In this document: piece after piece, positions 47,430-55,586 of the stretch | Position numbering within the stretch: the first letter of the stretch is position 1 | Layout: the number at the start of each line of letters is the position of its first letter | Assembly: GCA_040081265.1 (NCBI GenBank) | Contig: JBEBGV010000001.1 | Location: forward strand, 200,559 to 264,558 | DNA: 64,000 nt | Direction of reading: 5' to 3' | Source: Vicinamibacterales bacterium | GTDB lineage: Bacteria > Acidobacteriota > Vicinamibacteria > Vicinamibacterales > UBA2999 | Position numbers and translations under genes: made by a program | The notes under the pieces: generated by a model | Seen by the model: the letters and a program-made list of their open reading frames with translations, nothing else | Databases searched by the model: none | Told to the model about the DNA's origin: nothing

Positions 47430-48884
47430 ATGGCAACCAAGGGCACCATCCTCGTCATCGACGACGAGGAAATCATGCGCGAGATTCTCGACGCCCTGCT
47501 GACGCGGGAAGGCTACAGCGTGAGCCTGGCCAGCGATGCGGCGGCCGGGCTCGAACTTGCACGCACCTCGTCATTCGACGCAGCGGTCGTGGACGTGATG
47601 ATGCCCGGCATGGACGGCATCACTGCGCTCGACGAGTTGAAGAAGATCGACGAAGAGCTGCCGGTGCTGATGATCACTGCCTTTGCGTCAGTCGAGAACG
47701 CCATCGCCGCGATGAAGCGTGGGGCGTTCGACTACATCACCAAGCCTTTCAAGAACGACGAGGTGCTGATCGTCGTCCGCAACGCTGTCGAGCGACGGCG
47801 ACTGGTGGACGAGAACCTCGCCCTCAAGCGGAATCTCCAGGCCAAGTCCCAGAATTTCGCCGGAATCATTGGACGCAGCTCGCGGATGAAGGAGGTCTTC
47901 GACCTCATTCTCCAGGCGGCACCGAGCCGCTCAACGATCCTGATTACCGGAGAAAGCGGCACGGGCAAGGAACTTGTCGCTCGCGCCATTCACACCCATT
48001 CGCCTCGGGCCGAGCGTTCGTTCGTCACCGTGAACTCGGGTAACCTGCCACCCGATCTGCTCGAATCCACCTTGTTTGGGCACGTCAAGGGTGCATTCAC
48101 CGGCGCCGCCTACTTGAAGAAGGGCCTCTGTGATCTCGCCGACAAGGGCAGCATCTTCTTCGACGAAATCGGGAACGTACCCGTCGAGACCCAGGCGAAG
48201 CTCCTGCGCGTCATCCAGGAGCGCGAGTTCATGCGGCTCGGCGGAATGGAGACCATCAAGGTCGATACGCGTATCGTTGCCGCGACCAACTGCGACCTGA
48301 AAGAGATGGTAGAAGAGGGCACCTTCCGCGAAGATCTCTACTACCGCCTGCACGTCATCAACATCTACCTGCCTCCGCTGCGTGAGCGCAAGGACGACGT
48401 GCCGCTGCTTGTTCATCACTTTCTCGAGAAGTACGCCGAAGAAAACAACCGACGTGACCTGGAGCTGACCCCGGAAGCGCTCGACGTGCTGACCGACTAC
48501 AACTGGCCCGGCAACGTGCGAGAGCTGGAGAACGTCATCGAACGTGCGGTCGTGTTGAGCGCGGGTGCGCGCATCGGCACCGAGCTGATCCCTGAGCACG
48601 TGCGTACGCCGCAGGGCTTTCAGATTCCGAGGTTTGTCGTCCCGCCAGAAGGGATTTCGTTCAAGGACGTCGTCACCAATGTTGAGAAGCGCCTGATTGA
48701 GTCGACGCTCGAGGCGGCTGGCGGTGTTCAGAAGCGGGCAGCGGAGCTGCTCGGCATCAAGCCGACCACGCTGAACGAAATGATCAAGCGCTACGAAATC
48801 GGACCGCGGCGGCGAAAGTCTGGCGAGGACGATGGGAGTGTCGCGTCGAGAACACGGTCGTCGACGCAGACGAACCGCGAGTAG
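47430..48884 (+). CDS. Sigma-54-dependent response regulator (NtrC family enhancer-binding protein)
   Basis: Receiver domain (DDEE...VVDVMMPGMDG...KP), AAA+ domain (GESGTGKE, GAFTGA, RVIQEREF, ATN), and a Fis-type HTH (QKRAAELLGIKPTTLNEMIKRY). Confidence 0.92.
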   Translation: MATKGTILVIDDEEIMREILDALLTREGYSVSLASDAAAGLELARTSSFDAAVVDVMMPGMDGITALDELKKIDEELPVLMITAFASVENAIAAMKRGAFDYITKPFKNDEVLIVVRNAVERRRLVDENLALKRNLQAKSQNFAGIIGRSSRMKEVFDLILQAAPSRSTILITGESGTGKELVARAIHTHSPRAERSFVTVNSGNLPPDLLESTLFGHVKGAFTGAAYLKKGLCDLADKGSIFFDEIGNVPVETQAKLLRVIQEREFMRLGGMETIKVDTRIVAATNCDLKEMVEEGTFREDLYYRLHVINIYLPPLRERKDDVPLLVHHFLEKYAEENNRRDLELTPEALDVLTDYNWPGNVRELENVIERAVVLSAGARIGTELIPEHVRTPQGFQIPRFVVPPEGISFKDVVTNVEKRLIESTLEAAGGVQKRAAELLGIKPTTLNEMIKRYEIGPRRRKSGEDDGSVASRTRSSTQTNRE

Positions 48885-48885
48885 C

Positions 48886-50157
48886 TCACGATCGCTTGAC
48901 GCGGCCGATCAGGCGTTCGAACCGACCGAGCACCGCTTCCCAACGCAACTGCTGTCGCGCGTACTGCCGGCCGCTCTCACCCAGACGTTCACGCAGCCTG
49001 GTGTTGGTCATCATCGTGCGCAGCCCGTCGGCGAATTCTTCCCCGTTGGCGTAATACAGGCCACCGCCGGATCGTCGACAGTGTTCGACGGCGGCGGTGT
49101 TGCGCGCGCTTGCCAGGACAGGCGTGCCGACCGCCAGGCTTTCGAGCACTGACTGCGACAGCAGGTCATCGGATGCCGGCGCCATGGTGACGTCGGCGGC
49201 TTCGTACGCGAACATGCGATCGCGAACCGGCAGCACGCCAGCCAGCCTGACGCGGGGATTCTCAGGCACGTTCACCATCTTCGCGCCCATGAGTACGAGC
49301 GTGGTCTCGCTGTCGTGCTGGGAGTATGACTCGAAGTACTCCAGCATCTCCTCGGCGCCGTTGTCGGCCTCGAGGCGTCCGTCGTAGAGCGCCAGGGGAC
49401 CGTAGAGTCGATGTCGGCGCCGGAAGGGAACGCCACGGCCAGAAAGATAGTCTGGCGCCTCGAGTGGCTCCTCATCCGTCGACAACTCGTCGTCGGGTGT
49501 CACGACGTCGTTGGGATCCTGCTGGTGCCTCGGGTAGGCGAGCTGCTGCGCGGGCTCGATACCGATGCCGACCACTTCTTCGTACGCGCTGGCGCCCGGC
49601 ATGAACGCCTGCAGGATCGGCCGCTCAGCGGCAGAGAAGAGGCCCGTGCCCCGGGCTGACGCGATCAGATCGGCCCAGAGTCCGAACCGAAGGCTGGGGC
49701 GGCACTGGAGGTACGGGAAGAGAACGCTGCGGTCAGGCGCGATTGGCAGTCCATGGACGGTCGTGGCGTGCTGGAGCGAGAAGAACACGATGGCGTCGTA
49801 CTGCTTGTGTTGCCGCTTGAGGAAATCAAGCAGCCCGGGGGCAGTTGGCCCATACTGGGCGACCCAGTCGAGCTCCTCTGTCCGCGAATGCGGGGCGCTC
49901 CTGAGAACGCTGGTGATCAGCCGGAATGCTTCTCGATCGTGCGGCTGGCTGACCGCAAATCGGCGCACCAGGACACCGCGCACCTTGTCGGCTCCCTCGG
50001 CGTAATCGTTCTTCCATGTCAGCGGGTCCGGGGCGCAGGTGGTCAGGACGTCGACGTCATGGCGTTCGACCACGTGCTCGGCAAGGAGACGGCAAGCGTG
50101 TTCCGGGCCGGCGGGAATCTCGGCGCCGTAGCGCGGGGTGATGAAGGCAAGTCTCAC
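48886..50157 (-). CDS. Glycosyltransferase family 4 (GT-B)
   Basis: GTG start overlapping the upstream stop (GTGA). Paralogous to the next gene (RYG.EI..G.E...R.LAEH......V.VLTTCA). C-terminal E..ESL....LE motif region. Confidence 0.8.
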   Translation of the reverse strand: MRLAFITPRYGAEIPAGPEHACRLLAEHVVERHDVDVLTTCAPDPLTWKNDYAEGADKVRGVLVRRFAVSQPHDREAFRLITSVLRSAPHSRTEELDWVAQYGPTAPGLLDFLKRQHKQYDAIVFFSLQHATTVHGLPIAPDRSVLFPYLQCRPSLRFGLWADLIASARGTGLFSAAERPILQAFMPGASAYEEVVGIGIEPAQQLAYPRHQQDPNDVVTPDDELSTDEEPLEAPDYLSGRGVPFRRRHRLYGPLALYDGRLEADNGAEEMLEYFESYSQHDSETTLVLMGAKMVNVPENPRVRLAGVLPVRDRMFAYEAADVTMAPASDDLLSQSVLESLAVGTPVLASARNTAAVEHCRRSGGGLYYANGEEFADGLRTMMTNTRLRERLGESGRQYARQQLRWEAVLGRFERLIGRVKRS

Positions 50158-51458
50158 GGGCGACCGAACATCCTTTCAGGACGCACCGGACCGGCCGGAA
50201 GCGCCGCGACCACGTCTGCAGCTGGCGGTTTGTCGAGGCGCCGCCTGGCGAACCAGCCAGGAATGGCCTCCATGGTTGAACGCTGAGGTTCTGATCCGAG
50301 ACGGGAGAACATGTCGAGATAGGCGCGTTCAATGACCGGCCAGCTGTAGTGCCTCTCGTAGTACTGCTGTCCGCGTCTTCCCAGTTCGGCCGCCATCACC
50401 GGGTTATCGAGCAGGGTGTCCAGCACGCCGGCGAACTCGGCTGCGTTCTGATAATACAGCCCCGCGCCGCTTCGCAGACACTGGCCGACCAGCACGTCGC
50501 ATTTCCCATTGGCGACGACCGGCCGCCCCAGAGCCCAGGCCTCGAGCGCCACCATCGAGAGGCTCTCGAAATAGGAAGGCATGACCAGAGCCTCGCTGCC
50601 GGCGATGACGTCGAACTTGTCCTGATCGCTGACAAATCCCAGGTGACGAATTCGGGGGTGCGCCGGAATCTCAACTACCGGCGTTCCGATGAGCACCAGG
50701 GTCAGGTCGCGCCCGGTCTGCGTGAGGAACCGTTCGAAGTGGTTGAAGAGCTCGGGAAACCCCTTGTTCGCGTCGATGCGACCCACGTAGACCACGTAGG
50801 GCGTGTGGAGGGTGAACCGCTGACGGGCCCGTTCCGCCGACCACTCGGGCGGGAGCTCAGAGCCCACTCCCACGACAACGCCTGGCACCTCATCGTTGTT
50901 GGCGATGCCGCGAATGAGCGCGCGCTCCTCTTCGGAGTTGTACATGATGGCGCGCACACCCCGGAACACCGCCGGCATCACCGACAACCCCAGGGAGGGC
51001 TCTCTCTCAGCGGTCGGAATGAGCACCGCCCGGGACGGCACCAGACGCGCGCCATGATAGGCGTGGTGGTAGCGGACGCTGAACAGCAGGACGAAATCGA
51101 ATTCGTCTCTGCCAGCCGACAAGCGCTCGAGCAGACCTCGGCTGAGGGGACCCTCGCTGTCCAGCCACAGCAGTTCATCCTGAATGGAATGGACGTGCTG
51201 AAAGACCTGCTTCGATCGACGGGAGAAGTCGAACGCCTCACGTTCGCGGCTGACGGAAAAGCGCTCCACCACGATGCCGTTGACCCGATCCTCGCCGGCT
51301 GGCAGCTCGTTGCGCCACGTGATGTAGTCGCTGGCGCACGTCGTCAGCACTCGTACCTCAGCGTGGTGAGCGAGGTGTTCAGCGACGTAACGCGCGTGGA
51401 GTTCGGCGCCACCGTTGATCTCCACGCCGTACCGCTGCACGACGATCGCCAGTTTCAT
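50154..51458 (-). CDS. Glycosyltransferase family 4 (GT-B)
   Basis: MKLAIVVQRYGVEINGGAELHARYVAEHL..., ...MPSYFESLSMVALEAWALGRPVV. Confidence 0.8.
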   Translation of the reverse strand: MKLAIVVQRYGVEINGGAELHARYVAEHLAHHAEVRVLTTCASDYITWRNELPAGEDRVNGIVVERFSVSREREAFDFSRRSKQVFQHVHSIQDELLWLDSEGPLSRGLLERLSAGRDEFDFVLLFSVRYHHAYHGARLVPSRAVLIPTAEREPSLGLSVMPAVFRGVRAIMYNSEEERALIRGIANNDEVPGVVVGVGSELPPEWSAERARQRFTLHTPYVVYVGRIDANKGFPELFNHFERFLTQTGRDLTLVLIGTPVVEIPAHPRIRHLGFVSDQDKFDVIAGSEALVMPSYFESLSMVALEAWALGRPVVANGKCDVLVGQCLRSGAGLYYQNAAEFAGVLDTLLDNPVMAAELGRRGQQYYERHYSWPVIERAYLDMFSRLGSEPQRSTMEAIPGWFARRRLDKPPAADVVAALPAGPVRPERMFGRP

Positions 51459-51488
51459 CGTGAGCCGGGGTCGCCCGCCTTCAGGGCC

Positions 51489-52625
51489 TCAGGATGCGGA
51501 TCCTGACGAACCCGGTTCCTCGGGGGGTAGCGCAGCCGCGGGTGCATCGTTGACGACCTCGTCTCTGGCCGACGATGCCGAGTACTGCGGGGCTTCGGTT
51601 TCCGTGACCGGCGTCTGTTCGTCACCGCTGTCTGCGGACTCGTCGCTCTGATCGTCGGCATCGTCTTGTTCGGCCCCCTGCGGGGAGAACTGGCCAGAGG
51701 CCGCCGAGTTGCCCTCAACAGACGCTCCACCGCTCCGCCGGCCTCGCCGCCGCCGTCGCCGTCTGCGCTGACCTTCGGTCCCTGCGCCCTCGCTGGAGCC
51801 GACGGCTGGAGCGAGCGCGCCCACTCCGGGCTCCGGGGGGGCAGCTGCTGGGGGTGCCTGAGGTGTTGCCACGGGCACGTATGAGTCCTGGCTGGCCCGC
51901 TGGTTGTGGCGTTGCGGCGCCGGGGCTGCTTCAAGGCTGCGAACACGGCGGTCCGCGAAGTCCACTCTGGTTGCGAGGGACTCCACCTTCAACGTCAACG
52001 CCTGGAGTTCAATACTCAGCCTGGCGGATTCCGTGACGACGCGCTTGAGCAGTTCGAAGTGCAGGGCATTCCATTCAGCCTGCTGCTGGGCGCGCTCGTT
52101 CTCCCGCGATGCGTGCTCCGCATTCAGACGAGCCTGGGTATTCAGTGCGTGCACGATCGTGTTGGGATTGAAGAACAGCCTGAGGAGCGGATTCAGCAGC
52201 TTCCGGATGGTTCTCAGCAGTCCCCGATGTGTGTCGTACAGCGTTGAGTCTTCAAACGTGAACGCGGGTTCGGAAGACTCGGGTGCCAGCTCACGCGAAG
52301 GCCTGGTGCCGGCGGCCTTCCGTAACTGTTCAAGGAGGCTGGGGTTGACGTTGCGAGGGTCGAGGATAGCTTCGAGTCTCCGTGCCGCGAGCTCGCTGAC
52401 CTGCTGGGTTGAGAGGTCGATGCCGTGGCGGTGCGCGATGCGGGCGCGGATGTCGCGCATGATCTGCTCGACGTCAACGTGCTCGGAGCGCGCAGCCTGG
52501 GGTTCGTTGCTCTGCGACGCCCGCGGCTCCTGGCTGCCCTGAGGGCGCCGATCGGGGCGGCGACCACGGTTGAAGTGCCCGCGGCGTCCCCGTCCTTGCC
52601 CGCCGCTTTGCTGATTTTGTTCCAT
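51489..52625 (-). CDS. Hypothetical protein: RGG/Arg-rich N-terminus, central coiled coil, Arg run then an acidic disordered tail
   Basis: 378 aa. GGQGRGRRGHFNRGRRPDRR; VDVEQIMRDIRARI; heptad-like QQQAEWNALHFELLKRVVTESARLSIELQALTLKVESL; RRRRRRRRGRR; DDADDQSDESADSGDEQ. Confidence 0.5.
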   Translation of the reverse strand: MEQNQQSGGQGRGRRGHFNRGRRPDRRPQGSQEPRASQSNEPQAARSEHVDVEQIMRDIRARIAHRHGIDLSTQQVSELAARRLEAILDPRNVNPSLLEQLRKAAGTRPSRELAPESSEPAFTFEDSTLYDTHRGLLRTIRKLLNPLLRLFFNPNTIVHALNTQARLNAEHASRENERAQQQAEWNALHFELLKRVVTESARLSIELQALTLKVESLATRVDFADRRVRSLEAAPAPQRHNQRASQDSYVPVATPQAPPAAAPPEPGVGALAPAVGSSEGAGTEGQRRRRRRRRGRRSGGASVEGNSAASGQFSPQGAEQDDADDQSDESADSGDEQTPVTETEAPQYSASSARDEVVNDAPAAALPPEEPGSSGSAS

Positions 52626-52664
52626 GTCGGTACGTAGGCCGGACTGTGTCCCGGCGGCGCCTTT

Positions 52665-53789
52665 CTAGTATCGCCTGAAGAGAGCTCCCCACTCGGTTTT
52701 CATGAAGTCACGGATACGCGACTGACCGACGGTGGGATACCACATGTAGTCGTGATAGATGTTGGACGCCATCGGCGCCCAGGCCACGAGCGGCGAGTGG
52801 AGCAGGATGCGCTCGAGCGGCCGAAGGAAGCCACGCCGAATCATCTGATCGCCCCAGATCACCAGGGACCGGCGGGTTTCGAATCCGAAGTTCTCGTGTG
52901 AGACATCGTCGCCGACCAGTTCGATGTTGGCCGGATCGGCGATGCCCAGTCCGCGTTCGTGAGCCATGCGCAGGAACGGAATCGACATCGGGTCAAATCC
53001 CATCAGCTTGGCGGCGACGGCGTCAATGGCGACCGAGTCGGTGGCCGCCAGGATCAGGTTCTTCACCCGTGGAATCATCGTACGTGGTCCGGCGCCGTCG
53101 CCGGCGATGGTGCCGTCCATGACCGTGAAGACCGACGGGTGCAGCTCGCGCTGCATGTAGAGCAGGTCCACGAGGACCTCGTGCATGTATTTGTGCGCGT
53201 AGTGACGCACCTCACGGAGCAGCCCGCCGAAGGAATTCTTGACCGAGCCGGTCATCACCGCGTGGCCGTGCGTCTTGACCGTCGGCAGGTGCAGGATCTG
53301 GCGACCCGGATAGATGGTCGGAATCTGAATGCCGTCGGGGAAGATGTGATTCAGCTTCAGGAGCGGGCTCTTGAACTTGTAGATCTGCCACTCGACTTCC
53401 GGAAGCGGAGTGAAGGTGAGCCGGTGTTTCGCCAGGACAGGTTCCCAGCGGTTGTTGCGACAGCCTTCGCGCGGATTGGTGACGACGGTCTTATTTTCGA
53501 TCGGGATGAGGCGCGCGCGGTCGAATCCGTCGGCGAGCATCTTGGATAGAACACCGTCGACCTGCCACGGCTCTGACGAGCACGCCGGGAAATACTTCGT
53601 CCACGACAGGTTCAACTTGATGAGCGTGTCGACCTCGCGTGACAGCGTATTCCGGTACTGAGCCAGGTCCATCAGACGCGCGTAGTCTTCGATGATCGTT
53701 TCGGGGCGCGTCCGTATGACCGCCACCCGCGCACTGCGCGGGGGAGTCGTCGTGACGGGGCCTGATGGCGCTTCAAGGGTGCCTGGCAT
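52665..53789 (-). CDS. DUF362 domain-containing protein
   Basis: KLNLSW...PAC, KTHGHAVMTGSVKNSFGG, MDGTIAGDGAGP and ATDSVAIDAVAAKLMGFDP match my recollection of DUF362. Confidence 0.7.
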   Translation of the reverse strand: MPGTLEAPSGPVTTTPPRSARVAVIRTRPETIIEDYARLMDLAQYRNTLSREVDTLIKLNLSWTKYFPACSSEPWQVDGVLSKMLADGFDRARLIPIENKTVVTNPREGCRNNRWEPVLAKHRLTFTPLPEVEWQIYKFKSPLLKLNHIFPDGIQIPTIYPGRQILHLPTVKTHGHAVMTGSVKNSFGGLLREVRHYAHKYMHEVLVDLLYMQRELHPSVFTVMDGTIAGDGAGPRTMIPRVKNLILAATDSVAIDAVAAKLMGFDPMSIPFLRMAHERGLGIADPANIELVGDDVSHENFGFETRRSLVIWGDQMIRRGFLRPLERILLHSPLVAWAPMASNIYHDYMWYPTVGQSRIRDFMKTEWGALFRRY

Positions 53790-53805
53790 GGTGTGGTAGA
53801 GGAAA

Positions 53806-54729
53806 TCAGCGACCGAGTGGCGAGTAGAGCACGAGTACGACGCTCAGTCCCCAGAGACCGACACAGAGCAGCAGCGGCCGATCCGACAGGAGCAGCGCGG
53901 ATGGGCTTCCCCCCTCGCGTTTGAGGTGCACCAGATAGAGATAGCGGAAGATGCCGTAGAGCACAAACGGGATTGTGGCCGTCAACCGGGTGGTGCCCAG
54001 TTTGGCCTCGGTTTCCGGACTGATCGCGTAGAAACAGTAGGCTACCAGCGTCGAGGCCGTAACGACACCAATCATCTGGTCCAGGAGGTAAGGGGAATAC
54101 TCCTGAAGGATGGGCCGATGGCCCGAAGCCCCGGTGGTCAGGATGGTCAGCTCGTGACGGCGCTTGCTGAGCGCCAGGAAGAGCGCGAGCAGGGTGGTGC
54201 AGACGAGCAACCACTCGCTGATCGGCACATTGACCGCGATCGCCCCCGCTGCGGCTCTCAGCACGAAACCAGCGGCGATAACCAGGACGTCGACGATCAC
54301 GATGTGTTTGAAGACCACCGAGTACATGGTCAGCAGGACCGCATAGGTCAGCGCCACGGCGGCAAGCCGCCAGCTCATCAGAGCCGCGCCTGTGAGTGAC
54401 GCCCCAATGAGAACGATCGCCGCGATCAGTGCGGTCCCTGGCGCCAGCGCCCCCGATGCCAGAGGACGGTGTTTCTTGAGGGGGTGGGCCTGATCAGCCT
54501 CGCGATCGGCGATGTCGTTGCACAGGTAGACCCCGCCTGAGAGGCCGCAGAAGATGACAAAGGTGGCGACGGCCGCCAGCACAGCCGCGGGCTCGTCGAG
54601 GCGCTGCCCGAAGAGCAGGCCGGCGAAGACGAACAGGTTCTTGGTCCACTGCCCGGGTCGTATCGAGCTGAGGAGGAGAACCGGTAGGGACCGCCGCGGT
54701 CCAGGCGACGGGGAGTCGCCCTGGCCCAC
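53806..54729 (-). CDS. UbiA-family polyprenyl-phosphate phosphoribosyltransferase (decaprenyl-phosphate 5-phosphoribosyltransferase-like)
   Basis: GTG start. RPGQWTKNLFVFAGLLF and NDIADREADQAHPLKKHRPLASG. About nine TM helices. Confidence 0.72.
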   Translation of the reverse strand: MGQGDSPSPGPRRSLPVLLLSSIRPGQWTKNLFVFAGLLFGQRLDEPAAVLAAVATFVIFCGLSGGVYLCNDIADREADQAHPLKKHRPLASGALAPGTALIAAIVLIGASLTGAALMSWRLAAVALTYAVLLTMYSVVFKHIVIVDVLVIAAGFVLRAAAGAIAVNVPISEWLLVCTTLLALFLALSKRRHELTILTTGASGHRPILQEYSPYLLDQMIGVVTASTLVAYCFYAISPETEAKLGTTRLTATIPFVLYGIFRYLYLVHLKREGGSPSALLLSDRPLLLCVGLWGLSVVLVLYSPLGR

Positions 54730-54733
54730 GGGG

Positions 54734-55081
54734 CTATGCCTTGGCAGTGAAGCTGCGGACGGCGTCTGCTTCGCTGTCGTACGTCTCGAACACGGTCAGA
54801 AGCTTCGTGATCGCGAGCAGGTCCGTAATGCGCTTCGTGAGGTTCAGCAGCTTCAGCTGACCGCCCTCACGGGTCACCGTCGTGTAGGTCCGGACGATTT
54901 CACCAAGGCCGGCGCTGTCGATGTACGGCACATCGGCCAGGTTGAGCACGATCTTGCGGCGGCCCTGGCTGGCCAGGCTGTTGATCTTGTCTTTCAGGAG
55001 CTCGTCGCCCTCACCGAGCGTCATCTTGCCCTTGAGATCGAGCAGGGTGACATCCCCCGCCGACCGTTCCTCGATCTGCAT
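54734..55081 (-). CDS. STAS-domain anti-sigma-factor antagonist (SpoIIAA/RsbV-like)
   Basis: 115 aa. Conserved phospho-serine motif YIDSAGLGEIV. Its stop is 4 nt before the UbiA-family start. Confidence 0.85.
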   Translation of the reverse strand: MQIEERSAGDVTLLDLKGKMTLGEGDELLKDKINSLASQGRRKIVLNLADVPYIDSAGLGEIVRTYTTVTREGGQLKLLNLTKRITDLLAITKLLTVFETYDSEADAVRSFTAKA

Positions 55082-55148
55082 GCCCGTTAGTCCTCGAATT
55101 GACGTTCTGAGCCCGCGATTCTAACACACGCAAGACAGGCCAGACCGG

Positions 55149-55164
55149 GGCCACACGCGTGCCG
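55149..55164 (-). promoter_or_regulatory. Sigma-54 (-24/-12)-like element CGGCACGCGTGTGGCC (minus strand)
   Basis: GGCACG gives a near-perfect -24, the -12 reads TGGC (one mismatch to TTGC), and the spacing is correct. It lies about 70 nt upstream of the STAS ATG. A TGtTAGAAT extended -10 (55118-55126) lies downstream as an alternative. Confidence 0.3.
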
Positions 55165-55192
55165 CATGCAGCTCTGGCCTGGCCCGAATCAG

Positions 55193-55211
55193 AGGTCGCA
55201 CGATGCGACCT
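55193..55211 (-). terminator. Hairpin AGGTCGCA-CGA-TGCGACCT downstream of the zinc-ribbon gene
   Basis: 8-bp perfect stem 32 nt after the stop. The following U-tract is weak (CTCTGATTC), so intrinsic-terminator status is uncertain. Confidence 0.3.
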
Positions 55212-55242
55212 GACTGGTTTGGAGTTCGCGCGTCCGACGTGA

Positions 55243-55542
55243 TCAGGCTCCGGCGAACTTACGTTGCTGGAAGCACTCCTTGCAGAACACCGGTCGGCCT
55301 TGCGTGGGACGGAAGGGCACCGTGGTTTCCTTGCCGCACGCCGAGCAATTGGTGGTGGTTTCCACTCGACCCTGACCCGACGGACCGGCTGACACCCGGT
55401 TGGCCCGTTTAGCCTTGCACGCCTTGCACCGTTTCGGTTCGTTCTTGAACTGCTTGTCGGCAAAGAACAGCTGTTCTCCAGCCGTCCAAATGAAATCCGA
55501 CCCGCAGTCCACACACGCTAGGGACTTGTCTTGGAACTCCAT
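55243..55542 (-). CDS. Double zinc-ribbon protein (four CxxC pairs)
   Basis: 99 aa. C10xxC13...C39xxC42 and C67xxC70...C87xxC90. Lys/Arg-rich linker. 44 nt downstream of rpsU. Confidence 0.7.
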   Translation of the reverse strand: MEFQDKSLACVDCGSDFIWTAGEQLFFADKQFKNEPKRCKACKAKRANRVSAGPSGQGRVETTTNCSACGKETTVPFRPTQGRPVFCKECFQQRKFAGA

Positions 55543-55586
55543 CGCCTCGCCACCTTTGTGCTCAGTCGGTCGAGCTCCAACGCGCC

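Noticed and set aside
50349-51506. 385-aa + strand ORF opposite the GT4 gene
   Set aside because: Antisense shadow of a gene with clear GT4 motifs.
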